A stretch of DNA of 64,000 bases. Origin: Gemmatimonadota bacterium (lineage in GTDB: Bacteria > Gemmatimonadota > Gemmatimonadetes > Palauibacterales > Palauibacteraceae). The stretch is taken from assembly GCA_965116475.1 (NCBI GenBank), contig OZ220691.1, forward strand, positions 1,056,001 through 1,120,000, written 5' to 3'. Below the pieces are notes generated by a model. It searched no databases. It saw only the letters and a list, made by a program, of their open reading frames with translations, and was not told the DNA's origin. Made by a program: the position numbers and the translations under genes. Below, one piece after another: positions 28,047 through 37,320 of the stretch (within the stretch, counting starts at the first letter, position 1; each line of letters starts with the position of its first letter).

Positions 28047-30982
28047 TGCGGGACACGAGGCCGGGGTACACGTCCATCGCGGAACTCGCCGCCCGCTCCG
28101 GCGAGTCCGTGCCCTGCGCCGGCAACCTGCCGGTGAAGCTCGACGATCCGGACACTGTCTGGTTCATCGATCAGGGCGCCGTCAATCTGTTCCTGGTCGA
28201 ATTCAAGGACGGGGTCGAGCAGGCGGCGCCGCAGCACCTGCTGCGCCGCGAATCGGGCTGGCTGCTGCCGGGCGTCGCGCCGGACGGACCAAACGATGAG
28301 GAAGACACCACGCTCAGCCTGATCGCCAAGGGATCGCCGGGCACCGTCCTGAAACGGCTGTCGGCCTCCGTGCTGTCCGAGGTCGATCCGGCGGAGATGG
28401 CGGAACAGACCGATACCTGGCTGACCGCGATCACGGACACACTCTCGCGTTTTGCGAGCCGCCTTCCGCGTCCGACGGTGCTGGCCAAGCCCGGTCCGAT
28501 GCGGACCCCGGCTCCCTGTACGCTGTCCGTACAGCGCGGCGTCGTATGGGTGTCCGAACCGCCGCGCGGCACCAGCCTCTTCATGGACCTGGTCGACCAG
28601 GCGGAAATCGTCGAGGCGGACGGCTCACACGAAGCGGTGATACCGCTGACGCGAACAAGCTGGATCATCCTGTCCGACGAGGTGACACTCTCGGGCTGGT
28701 CGACGGAGACGCTGGCACAGCGGGGCGTCCTGCTCCCGGCGCTCGCATCCTTCCACGCGGTTGCCTTCGCCCTGGAGCGCCTCAACCGCCGACTGGCCGT
28801 GGTCGATGATGCGAACCTGGAGCGCGCGCGGACCACGAGCCGCCGCACGGTCGAGAGGGCCGCGCGGCAGCGGCTCTTCAATATCTATGATCTGCCGATC
28901 GACCGGGAGACCAGTGTCGAGGACACGTCGCTGGCGGACGCCCTGCAGGCGATCGGACGCCGTGAAGGAATCGATTTCAAGATCCCGGTGCGCTCGGATC
29001 CTTCCGGTCCTCCGGTCAGCCTCGTTGACGTTCTCGATGCTTCGGGCGTGCGCGCCCGGCGCGTGCGGTTCGGGGCCGAGGGCGCCTGGTGGCGCGGCGA
29101 CAGCAACGCGATGCTGGCATTTCGCGCCGAAGACGGCCAACCCGTGGCGCTCCTGCCAGGATGGCTGGGCCGCTACCGGGAATTCGATCCGGTCAGCAAG
29201 CGCAGCGTTCGGATGACGGCGGATCGTGCCGCTGCGCTGGCGGATGGGGCCTGGGTGTTCTACCGGCCACTGCCGGTGGGGAACGTGCAACCGGCGGACC
29301 TGCTGAGGATCGCGCTGCATGGATCGGCGGCGGATCTGGCGCGGCTGGTGATGGCCGGGCTTCCGGGCGGCCTGATCAAGCTCGTGCCGGCGTTCGCGCT
29401 CGGGTTCGTTGCGAACCAGACGGCGGCGGGCGGAAGTGCCGGAGCGCTCTATGCCGTGGCCGTGGCGGTGGCGGGGTTCGGCCTGCTCGGCGCACTGCTG
29501 CACCTGTTTCAGGGCACGGTGATGATGCGGATCGAGGGTCGCTCTTCACGGGTCGAAGCGGCCTTCTGGGACCGTCTCATGCGCCTTCCGCCAAGCATGT
29601 TGCACGGCCGTCGGGCCGGCGATCTGGCCGTGTCGGGAATGACGTTCCAGAATCTTCGCGACGGGTTGCAGGGAGTCGCGGCCGACGGCCTGCTGTCGAT
29701 CATTTTTCTGCTCCCGGTGCTTGGCGTCATCTTCCTCTACGATGCCACGCTGGGGACCGTTGCCCTCGCCTTCAGCCTGGCTTCGCTCCTGATCACCGTC
29801 GTCCTCGGGCTGCGCCAGATTCCGCCCTATGGCCGGATGATCCGCGCGGCGCGGCGCGTCTCCGGCCGGCTATTCCAGATCGTGGGCAGCATCGGCAAGC
29901 TGCGTGTGGAAAACGCGGAAGCGTCGGCTTTCGCCATCTGGGCGCAGGACTACCGGGAGCAGAAACGCACGGAACTCGAGCTGGGCGCGCTCGAGGGACA
30001 TTCGCGGGCATTCGGTGCCGCGCTCCCCCTGCTTGCCGCCGGGGTCCTGCTGTTCGCGGCCGTAGCCGTGGACGGGCCCCTCCCGGTCGGCGATTTTCTC
30101 GTCGTCTACCTTGTCTTCATCGCCTTCCAGTCCGCCGTCGCCCGACTCGGCGAGTCCTTTGGCGCGGTCGCCGCCGTGCTCCCGGCGTTCGACCAGATGC
30201 GCCCGCTCCTGGCGGCGGTTCCCGAGGCCGAAGTCGAAGGAGCGCCGGTCGAGTATCTGGGCGGCGACATTTTCTTCGACCGCATTTCCTACCGGTACGA
30301 CCCCGACGGCCCGTTGATCCTCGACGACGTCACGATTCATGCCCGCCCCGGGGAATTCGTCGCGATCGCGGGCGAGTCCGGCGCCGGCAAGAGCACCCTC
30401 TTCCGGTTGGCGCTTGGATTCGACCGGCCCACGTCCGGCGCCGTGTACTACGACGGACGTGACCTGAGGAACCTGAACCTGAAACAGGTGCGCCGCAGGA
30501 TCGGCGTGGTGCCGCAATCCGTTGGACTCCATCCCCTGGATCTCTGGGACAACCTGGTCGGTCACCACGATGAGGTGGCGAGCGACGAGGTCTGGAGCGC
30601 GGCGCGCGTCGCCGATGTCGAAGCGGAGATCAAGGGCATGCCCATGGGCATGATGACCATGGTCGGCACGAGCGGGAATGTCCTGTCGGGCGGCGAGAGT
30701 CAGCGCGTTTCAATCGCCCGGTCGGTGATCGGCAGCCCGCGAATCATGCTCTTCGACGAGGCGACCAACTGGCTGGATAACGAGAGCCAGGCAAAGGTCA
30801 TGCAAAACCTCACCGCCCTGACCTCCACCCGCGTCGTCATCGCGCACCGCCTGTCCACGCTGGAGCAGGCCGATCGCATCTACGTGTTGAAGGCGGGAAG
30901 AGTCGTGCAGAGCGGCTCCTTCAACGAACTCATGGAGGTCGACGGGGTGTTCAGAGACCTGGTCAAGAGGCAGGTCGCCTGA
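28046..30982 (+). CDS. NHLP bacteriocin system ABC transporter permease/ATPase (no peptidase domain)
   Basis: R.R.V......WW..D, PVALLP; GESGAGKS, LSGGE.QR, FDEAT..LDN; long N-terminal extension. Confidence 0.9.
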   Translation: MRDTRPGYTSIAELAARSGESVPCAGNLPVKLDDPDTVWFIDQGAVNLFLVEFKDGVEQAAPQHLLRRESGWLLPGVAPDGPNDEEDTTLSLIAKGSPGTVLKRLSASVLSEVDPAEMAEQTDTWLTAITDTLSRFASRLPRPTVLAKPGPMRTPAPCTLSVQRGVVWVSEPPRGTSLFMDLVDQAEIVEADGSHEAVIPLTRTSWIILSDEVTLSGWSTETLAQRGVLLPALASFHAVAFALERLNRRLAVVDDANLERARTTSRRTVERAARQRLFNIYDLPIDRETSVEDTSLADALQAIGRREGIDFKIPVRSDPSGPPVSLVDVLDASGVRARRVRFGAEGAWWRGDSNAMLAFRAEDGQPVALLPGWLGRYREFDPVSKRSVRMTADRAAALADGAWVFYRPLPVGNVQPADLLRIALHGSAADLARLVMAGLPGGLIKLVPAFALGFVANQTAAGGSAGALYAVAVAVAGFGLLGALLHLFQGTVMMRIEGRSSRVEAAFWDRLMRLPPSMLHGRRAGDLAVSGMTFQNLRDGLQGVAADGLLSIIFLLPVLGVIFLYDATLGTVALAFSLASLLITVVLGLRQIPPYGRMIRAARRVSGRLFQIVGSIGKLRVENAEASAFAIWAQDYREQKRTELELGALEGHSRAFGAALPLLAAGVLLFAAVAVDGPLPVGDFLVVYLVFIAFQSAVARLGESFGAVAAVLPAFDQMRPLLAAVPEAEVEGAPVEYLGGDIFFDRISYRYDPDGPLILDDVTIHARPGEFVAIAGESGAGKSTLFRLALGFDRPTSGAVYYDGRDLRNLNLKQVRRRIGVVPQSVGLHPLDLWDNLVGHHDEVASDEVWSAARVADVEAEIKGMPMGMMTMVGTSGNVLSGGESQRVSIARSVIGSPRIMLFDEATNWLDNESQAKVMQNLTALTSTRVVIAHRLSTLEQADRIYVLKAGRVVQSGSFNELMEVDGVFRDLVKRQVA

Positions 30983-31017
30983 ACCGAATCGGCAGACCGG
31001 AGCATTTCGAGACATCG

Positions 31018-32334
31018 ATGAACGGACCCATGGACGCGGACGATCTCCTCGTATCAAGAGCTCTCGTATCAAGAGCTGATGAAGACGGCGACTTTCGCGA
31101 ACGTCTTCTCCGAAAACCCAGGGAGACCATCGAGACGGAATTCGGCGTGACGCTGGCCGAGGACCATGAGATTCACGTGCACGAAGAGACGTATACCGCG
31201 ACGCACGTGGTGCTCCCGCCGCGGAGCAAGCTCAGCGAGGCCGAACGAGAGGCGGCGAGGACCGGTGCGGCATCGCTCGAGTTTCTTCGAAGGACACTCC
31301 ACGACCCCGCACCACCGCTCCGCCCTCCCGCAGGGCAGGAAGAGGGGGGCCGATGCAGCGGGGCCTCCCCGGAGGCGCTGGCCGGCGCGGCGAGGGAAGG
31401 GATCCGCCGCGGGCTCGCCTTCCTGGAATCCACGATCGACGAGAATGGGGCTTGGCACTGCATCCGGTTCAACGTGGCCGACCCGGAGATCCCCAGGCAT
31501 TTCGAGAGGCCCCCCTTCGTGTCGGCTCTCTGCGTGCTTGCCCTTGAGAGCTCCGATGAGCCGCGGGCCAAGGCGATTTGCACCGCTACGAAGGCATATC
31601 TCATCGACACCATCGAATATCCCGGATTCTGGCGGTACTACCGCCACCTCCCGCCGGATCTCGATAGTACTGCACTCTGTTCGCTCGTCATCGGGACGCA
31701 CCCCTGGATCTTGCTTGGAAGGAACGTTCCGGGGATGCTGGCGAATCGCGACGAGGAAGGCCGCTTCATGACCTGGGTGCTGGCGGAAGACGAACCCGAC
31801 GTCGTGTCGCGCTTTCGCATCGAGGCCGACCCGGTCGTCAATGCGAATGTCCTCGCCTGCCTCGGCGACCATCCGGAAACGAGGGATGCCCAGCTCTGGC
31901 TGGAAGCCCTGGTAACCGAAGGCAACCTCGAGGGCTCGTCGAAGTGGTATCCCGACACGGTCACGATCTACCATGCGATCACACGCGCGATGGTCTGTGC
32001 GGAGCCCGTCCTCGATCGCCTGCGCCCGATACTCGCGGATCGTATCCTCGGCCTGCGTGACGAGAAGGGAGGATTCGGCAATGTCCTTCAGACCGCCCAG
32101 GCGGTGTCGGCGCTCTACAACATCGGAAGCCTCGAGCGCATCGACGCGAAGCGCGAGGTGGAGCGACTGATGAGCTCGCAGCGCGGGGACGGCAGCTGGC
32201 CGGAGCTGCTCGCGTTCGGCGACCAGTCGTTGAAATGGGGCGTGGTAGGGCAGATCGGGCATGGCTCCGAGGCCGTGACCTCCGCGTTCTGCATCGAGGC
32301 CCTGGAGCGGCTCGTCGAAGTGCTGGAGGCCTGA
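31018..32334 (+). CDS. NHLP leader-like domain fused to prenyltransferase/squalene-cyclase-repeat (class II terpene cyclase-like) domain
   Basis: N-term RA.ED..FR..LL..P...I..EFG......I.VHEE.....H.VLP; C-term QW-like motifs (LESTIDENGAW, SSQRGDGSW) and PPDLDST. Confidence 0.75.
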   Translation: MNGPMDADDLLVSRALVSRADEDGDFRERLLRKPRETIETEFGVTLAEDHEIHVHEETYTATHVVLPPRSKLSEAEREAARTGAASLEFLRRTLHDPAPPLRPPAGQEEGGRCSGASPEALAGAAREGIRRGLAFLESTIDENGAWHCIRFNVADPEIPRHFERPPFVSALCVLALESSDEPRAKAICTATKAYLIDTIEYPGFWRYYRHLPPDLDSTALCSLVIGTHPWILLGRNVPGMLANRDEEGRFMTWVLAEDEPDVVSRFRIEADPVVNANVLACLGDHPETRDAQLWLEALVTEGNLEGSSKWYPDTVTIYHAITRAMVCAEPVLDRLRPILADRILGLRDEKGGFGNVLQTAQAVSALYNIGSLERIDAKREVERLMSSQRGDGSWPELLAFGDQSLKWGVVGQIGHGSEAVTSAFCIEALERLVEVLEA

Positions 32335-32339
32335 GCCAG

Positions 32340-34655
32340 ATGACAGCGGAGGCGCACGCGCGCCCCCGGCACGGGATCCTGGCCCGAACGACTCGTGCGG
32401 ACCGGGGCCTTGTCGAGCTTCCGGCTCTCACCCCGCACCTCCGATTCCACGGTATCGGCGAGGCGCAGGTCCTTCTCGTCTCCGAGTCGTTCAATACGCT
32501 GCTGCACGGCAAGCTGCACCGCGATCTGCTGCCGCTGCTCGACGGTCGGCACCCCCGGGACGAGATCGTCGCGGCCCTCGAGGGCGCCCATGCGGCGACC
32601 GATGTCCTGGCGGCCATCGCCGCGTTCGCGGCCAGGGGCTATCTGATCTCCGCCGATCACGGCATGGACCGGGGCCAGGCGGCCTACTGGTCGTCGCTTG
32701 GCGCGTCGCCGCGCTGGGTCGAAGAGCGGCTGGCGCAGTCGCGCGTCACGGTCGAAGGTGACGACGGCGGGCTCGTCCGGCACCTGGAGGCGAACGGCGC
32801 CAGGGTGGGAACCGGCGAACCGAAGCTCACCGTAGTGGTCTGCGGCGACTATCTCGAAGCCGATCTCGCGGAGGTGAATCGGCGCCACCTCGAGGCGGGA
32901 GCGCCGTGGACGCCGGTGCGGCCGAGCGGCATGGAGCCGCTCTTCGGGCCCGTCTTTCGGGCGGACGGGCAGGGACCCTGCTGGGATTGCCTCGCGTACC
33001 GCCTGCGCAGCCACCGGGAAGTCCATGGTTTCCTGCGCAACGTCGCCGGCGAGGAAGCCGCCTTCAGGCCGTTCGCGGCTCAGCCCGCAGTGCTGGAAGC
33101 GATGTACGGGCTGATCGCCGCGGAGATCGTCAAATGGCTGGCGCTGGGTGAGGCGGCCCCGATTCACGACCAGGCGATCGCGATGAATGTCGGCACGTTC
33201 GCAAGCTCGCACCATCGGGTCGTGCGTCGGCCGCAATGCCTGGCCTGCGGCGACGAAGCCTTGCACCGGCCGGATCGACCGCCGGTTCCGGTGTCTCTGA
33301 AGGCGAGCCCCAAGGCCCATCGCAACAGCGGCGGCGCGCGTGCCGTGGCGCCGGGAGCCACCCTGGCGAAGTACAGGCACCTGGTGAGCCCGATCAGCGG
33401 TGTCGTGACGTGGCTGTCGCGCACCACGGATGAGGCCGACTCCTGGCTGCACGTCTACTGGGCCGGGAGCAATCTCGGCATGAGAGGCCGGAGCCTGAGT
33501 TCGCTCAGGCGCAGCCTGCGCAGCAAGAGCGCCGGCAAGGGCAGCACACGACAGCAGTCAAAGGTCAGCGCCCTCTGCGAGGCGGTCGAGCGCTATTCGG
33601 GCGCCCGTCATGGCGACGAGATCCGTATCCGCAAGCGGTTCAGCGAGTTCGAGAGAGAAGAGGCGATCCACCCCAACGAGGTGCAGTTGTTCAGCGAGAG
33701 CCAGCTCGACGACGCGGGGAGCATCAACGCGAAAGGCCACCCCTACAACGTCGTACCGCCGCGTCTCGAGCCCGACGCCGAAATCGACTGGACGCCGGTG
33801 TGGTCGCTGACGCGGCAGCGGCACCGCTACCTGCCGACATCCATCCTCTACAGCATGCCGGCCGAGGAGCGCGGCCCCGCCGACCTGATCGCCGATTCGA
33901 ACGGCTGCGCCGCGGGCAACACCCTGGAAGAGGCCATCCTGCAGGGCTTCTACGAACTGGCCGAGCGCGATGCGTTCGCCATCTGGTGGTACAACCGGTT
34001 GCGGGTGCCGGCAGTCGATCTTTCCAGCTTCGACGACGACTACGTCACCGCGGCCCCGGACTACTACGCCCGTCACGAGCGGGAGCTATGGATGCTCGAC
34101 GTCACCTCCGATATCGGCATCCCCACCTTCGTCGCGCTCTCGCGCCGGCCGGACGCTCGGACCGAGGACATCATCTACGGTGCCGGGACTCACGCCGACC
34201 CGCGCATAGCAGCCCTGCGCGCGCTTTGCGAATTGAACCAGTGCCTTACCTGGCTGCCGCGTCCCGGGGCGGGGGACGGCCGGCCCATGATCGATGATCC
34301 GCTGGCCCTCTGGTGGTGGAAGACCGCCCGGCTCGCCGACTGTCCCTGGCTGGCGCCGGCGCCGGACGAACCGCCCCGCAAGGCCTCGCACTACCCGGTG
34401 ACCGAATCGGCGGACACGCGCGAAGATGTGGAGCATTGCCGCGCGCTCGTCGAGGCCGGCGGCATGGAGTTCCTGGTGCTGGATCAGACGCGGCCCGATA
34501 TCGGCATGCCCGTGGCGCGGGTCATCGTGCCGGGCATGCGCCACTTCTGGGCAAGGCTCGCGCCAGGGCGGCTGTACGACGTACCCGTCAGTATGGGCTA
34601 CCGCGAATCCCCGCTCGCCGAAGCCGACCTGAACCCCGCGCCCGTGATCGCGTAA
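32340..34655 (+). CDS. TOMM cyclodehydratase, fused RRE/E1-like + YcaO (SrpC-like)
   Basis: GP.F....PCW.CL, CLACG, SAGKG, EAVERYS, DSNGCAAG..LEEA..QG.YE..ERD, PGMRHFW.R, C-terminal PAP. Confidence 0.93.
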   Translation: MTAEAHARPRHGILARTTRADRGLVELPALTPHLRFHGIGEAQVLLVSESFNTLLHGKLHRDLLPLLDGRHPRDEIVAALEGAHAATDVLAAIAAFAARGYLISADHGMDRGQAAYWSSLGASPRWVEERLAQSRVTVEGDDGGLVRHLEANGARVGTGEPKLTVVVCGDYLEADLAEVNRRHLEAGAPWTPVRPSGMEPLFGPVFRADGQGPCWDCLAYRLRSHREVHGFLRNVAGEEAAFRPFAAQPAVLEAMYGLIAAEIVKWLALGEAAPIHDQAIAMNVGTFASSHHRVVRRPQCLACGDEALHRPDRPPVPVSLKASPKAHRNSGGARAVAPGATLAKYRHLVSPISGVVTWLSRTTDEADSWLHVYWAGSNLGMRGRSLSSLRRSLRSKSAGKGSTRQQSKVSALCEAVERYSGARHGDEIRIRKRFSEFEREEAIHPNEVQLFSESQLDDAGSINAKGHPYNVVPPRLEPDAEIDWTPVWSLTRQRHRYLPTSILYSMPAEERGPADLIADSNGCAAGNTLEEAILQGFYELAERDAFAIWWYNRLRVPAVDLSSFDDDYVTAAPDYYARHERELWMLDVTSDIGIPTFVALSRRPDARTEDIIYGAGTHADPRIAALRALCELNQCLTWLPRPGAGDGRPMIDDPLALWWWKTARLADCPWLAPAPDEPPRKASHYPVTESADTREDVEHCRALVEAGGMEFLVLDQTRPDIGMPVARVIVPGMRHFWARLAPGRLYDVPVSMGYRESPLAEADLNPAPVIA

Positions 34656-34749
34656 GGAGGGAGCCCCTCCCGTTCGACCTTGTTCAAGGAGGGGGACCCG
34701 GAAGCCGGGGAGCCGGAAGAAGTCAACCGGCGCCCCGGCTAACGGTGAG

Positions 34750-35007
34750 CTACCAGCAGCAGCAGAGCCCGGCCGAGATGGCTTCCATCTGCTCCTCGCT
34801 GATGTGCGGATCCGGCGGCAACGCGAGATGCACCGTCTGCATGTCGCTCTCATGGATCTGGATGTTCATCGAATCGGGAATCGTAATGCCCAACTCGCCG
34901 CTGATCGCAGTCTTCGGATCTGCGAGAAGCTGCTGCCTGAACCCCTCGTCCACGGTGGACTTCTCAACAATCTGCGCGAGCATTTCATCGCCGCTTCGCA
35001 TGGCCAT
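34750..35007 (-). CDS. NHLP/proteusin RiPP precursor, core LCCCW (SrpE-like)
   Basis: Nitrile-hydratase-like leader (D..FRQQLLADPK.AI..ELG..IP..M.I.IHE......LALP), ISEEQMEAISAG cleavage box, then LCCCW*; RBS spacing favours ATG at 35001. Confidence 0.93.
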   Translation of the reverse strand: MAMRSGDEMLAQIVEKSTVDEGFRQQLLADPKTAISGELGITIPDSMNIQIHESDMQTVHLALPPDPHISEEQMEAISAGLCCCW

Positions 35008-35010
35008 TCT

Positions 35011-35049
35011 CCTTCGTTCTACGTTACGAGCCTTCGTTCTACGTTACGA
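35011..35049. repeat. 20-bp tandem duplication immediately upstream of the precursor gene
   Basis: ccttcgttctacgttacgag ccttcgttctacgttacga; overlaps the RBS. Confidence 0.9.
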
Positions 35050-35124
35050 ATCCCGGCACCAACCACACAGAATCGTGATTCCAAGATAAAGTCAAGTCTT
35101 GCGACTCCCTGCCGGTCGAGGTCT

Positions 35125-37212
35125 CTACTGCCGGGCGGCGGGGCGGTGCCGCTCATCCGCGAGCGCGACGATGTCCACGCCGGCCCGGGACCCGGTATCG
35201 ACTTCGCCGGCGTCGGCTTCGCGCTTGCCGGCCAGCGGCGCCTCGCGGGCCGCACTCGGCGCCGGAGCGTCTCGCAACGCCTGCGCGAGCCGTTGCTCGA
35301 TCTCGCCGTCGCCCGACACGAACACGCAGCGCGCCCCCGCAAGCGCATCAAGCTCGCGACTCCCACCGCGATTCGGCGGCTGTTCCCCGAACGCGGCGAG
35401 AGGATGGAGGCCGTCCAGCCCGCCGCGCGGGACGGGCGCCAGCAGCAGGTTGTTGCGCGACAGCGCTCGGAGCGCCTTGCGGAAGCGGCGGCACAGCGCT
35501 TCGTAGTACCTGGCCGGGCCACCGTCGTACACGAACCGGACATCGAGCTCCGCGCCCGGCAGCGCCTCCCCGTCTCCCAGCGGTCCCAGAACCGCGACCG
35601 CCACGCCACCGCTGGCCTGCGGAACGCCGCGATCGGCGAAGTCCTCCTCGACCGCGGACAGGACGAAGACGATGGAGGCTTCGGCAACGCGCGACAGCGC
35701 CGTCGTCGCTTCGCTCACGGACAGGCTGCCGCGCATCGCGTGCACGGCGATCTGGAAGACCTTGCCGTTCGACCACTCCAGCGCCGCCTCGACCGCCTCG
35801 CCGGCGTCCTGCACGGGAATGTCGTCGAGCTGGGCCCCCATCTCGGAGAGGCTGAGTTCGTGCGTCCAGTACAGACGCGCCAGCCCGCACCGGGCGATCG
35901 CCTCCGATTCCGAATCCGACAGGAATCCCTCCGGCAGCTCCAGGTCCGTGAACTCCCGCTCCCGCAGCGTGTCGAGCAGGACCGGCGAGCGGTTGATCCA
36001 CTCGGCGAGGCCGGGGGCGGCGGCATGAATCTCCGCGATGACGTCGAACGCGTCTGGACGCGCCGCGAACGCACGGCTGTCGTAGGCGCTCCAGTCGTCG
36101 ATCTCGGGATAGAACTGGGCGCGCTGACGATCGAGCAGCGGATCGATGGTCTCGAACCACCGCTTCGGAAAGAGCGCCATGCCGTTCATCTGGGCGTAGC
36201 TGCCCGGCAGCTGCGGGGAGGCGGCCTCGCCATGATGCTGCAACAGCGGATAACGATGGTTGGACGTATGGTGGTCGGCGTGGCGCTGCATGTTGTAGTA
36301 CAGCCAGTTGGTGAACTTGTAGGCCGCGCTCCAGGCGTGCCTCGGCTTGACCGGCTCGTACCTGCCGGTGGGCATGCGGATGCGCCGCAGTCCGTAGTGC
36401 TGCACGTAGTTGCTGATCTTCATCGAGAAGACCACGCTGCCGCACAGGGCAAGGTAGAGCAGCAGAGCCCATGGGCCGCCCCACCAGAAGATCAGCCCGT
36501 ACCAGAAGACGATCTGCACGGCGTAGCGCCAGAACGCGTTCGTGTAGTGCCACAGCGGCAGGTGGCGACGCGTCAGCCGGCGGCGTTCGAACCGCCAGGC
36601 CCCGACCAGGTTGTTCGCCACCTCGGCGGGCAGGTACTGCCAGAAGCTCAGGCCCTTCGGCGCGGACCCGGGGTCGAGCGGCGTACACACGCGGGGGTGA
36701 TGGATGTAGACGTGCTCGGTCGCATAGTGCGGGTAGGAGACGGAGGCCAGCAGGAACTCGCCGAGCCGGCGTTCCCAGAGCGCGCGCCGATGCACCAGTT
36801 CGTGGCCCACGATGAACACCGTCTGCGCGACCAGGGTCAGGATGGCGGCCGTGACACCGATCTCCCAGAGGGAAAGGCGGCCGACGAACAGCATCTGCCA
36901 GAGCGCGAACACGAAAGCCACCGGCCAGAACGCCGCCCACAACCAGAGCGAGAGCTTGTACAGGAACAACTGGCTCTCGCGGGTCGTCGCGGGATCCATG
37001 TTCCGCTCCTCGAGGCCGAAGAGGTGGTCGAACCGGTCCGCGAGCATGAAGAAGACGAACGGCCCCGCAAGCCACCAGCCGCCAAACACGGCGGCGCAGA
37101 CGACGAGCGGGAAGATGAGAAGGGGGACGAAATGCGGGAGCGCGTTCGCGACGGAGGGCTCGACGACCCGCCTGCCCGCCGTCATCGAGGCGCCGGAGCT
37201 ATGTGCTTCCAT
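35125..37212 (-). CDS. AlkB/fatty-acid-desaturase-family di-iron membrane hydroxylase fused to degenerate GlnE-like nucleotidyltransferase domain
   Basis: His boxes HELVH, EHVYIHH, NYVQHYGL, QRHADHH; C-term VAVLGPLGDGE.LPGAELDVRFVYD resembles GlnE GKLGG.E....SD.D. Confidence 0.8.
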   Translation of the reverse strand: MEAHSSGASMTAGRRVVEPSVANALPHFVPLLIFPLVVCAAVFGGWWLAGPFVFFMLADRFDHLFGLEERNMDPATTRESQLFLYKLSLWLWAAFWPVAFVFALWQMLFVGRLSLWEIGVTAAILTLVAQTVFIVGHELVHRRALWERRLGEFLLASVSYPHYATEHVYIHHPRVCTPLDPGSAPKGLSFWQYLPAEVANNLVGAWRFERRRLTRRHLPLWHYTNAFWRYAVQIVFWYGLIFWWGGPWALLLYLALCGSVVFSMKISNYVQHYGLRRIRMPTGRYEPVKPRHAWSAAYKFTNWLYYNMQRHADHHTSNHRYPLLQHHGEAASPQLPGSYAQMNGMALFPKRWFETIDPLLDRQRAQFYPEIDDWSAYDSRAFAARPDAFDVIAEIHAAAPGLAEWINRSPVLLDTLREREFTDLELPEGFLSDSESEAIARCGLARLYWTHELSLSEMGAQLDDIPVQDAGEAVEAALEWSNGKVFQIAVHAMRGSLSVSEATTALSRVAEASIVFVLSAVEEDFADRGVPQASGGVAVAVLGPLGDGEALPGAELDVRFVYDGGPARYYEALCRRFRKALRALSRNNLLLAPVPRGGLDGLHPLAAFGEQPPNRGGSRELDALAGARCVFVSGDGEIEQRLAQALRDAPAPSAAREAPLAGKREADAGEVDTGSRAGVDIVALADERHRPAARQ

Positions 37213-37320
37213 CCTGGATATCCTCTACCTCGGTGAATCGTTGCGCGGCACCTGCCCCATCGAATCCATCATCATCAAAATCTAGCCTCAAGGGTAGCCC
37301 ACGCCAGCAACGACGCGGCT

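Noticed and set aside
34664-34694. CCCCTCC...GGAGGGG hairpin between the convergent YcaO and precursor genes
   Set aside because: Only a 7-bp stem with a long loop and no U-tract; too weak to call a terminator.
34750-35007. Claiming the LCCCW RiPP system as wholly new
   Set aside because: The precursor, YcaO and halogenase match the published srp-type clusters; novelty is limited to the accessory proteins, and some of those may already be noted there.
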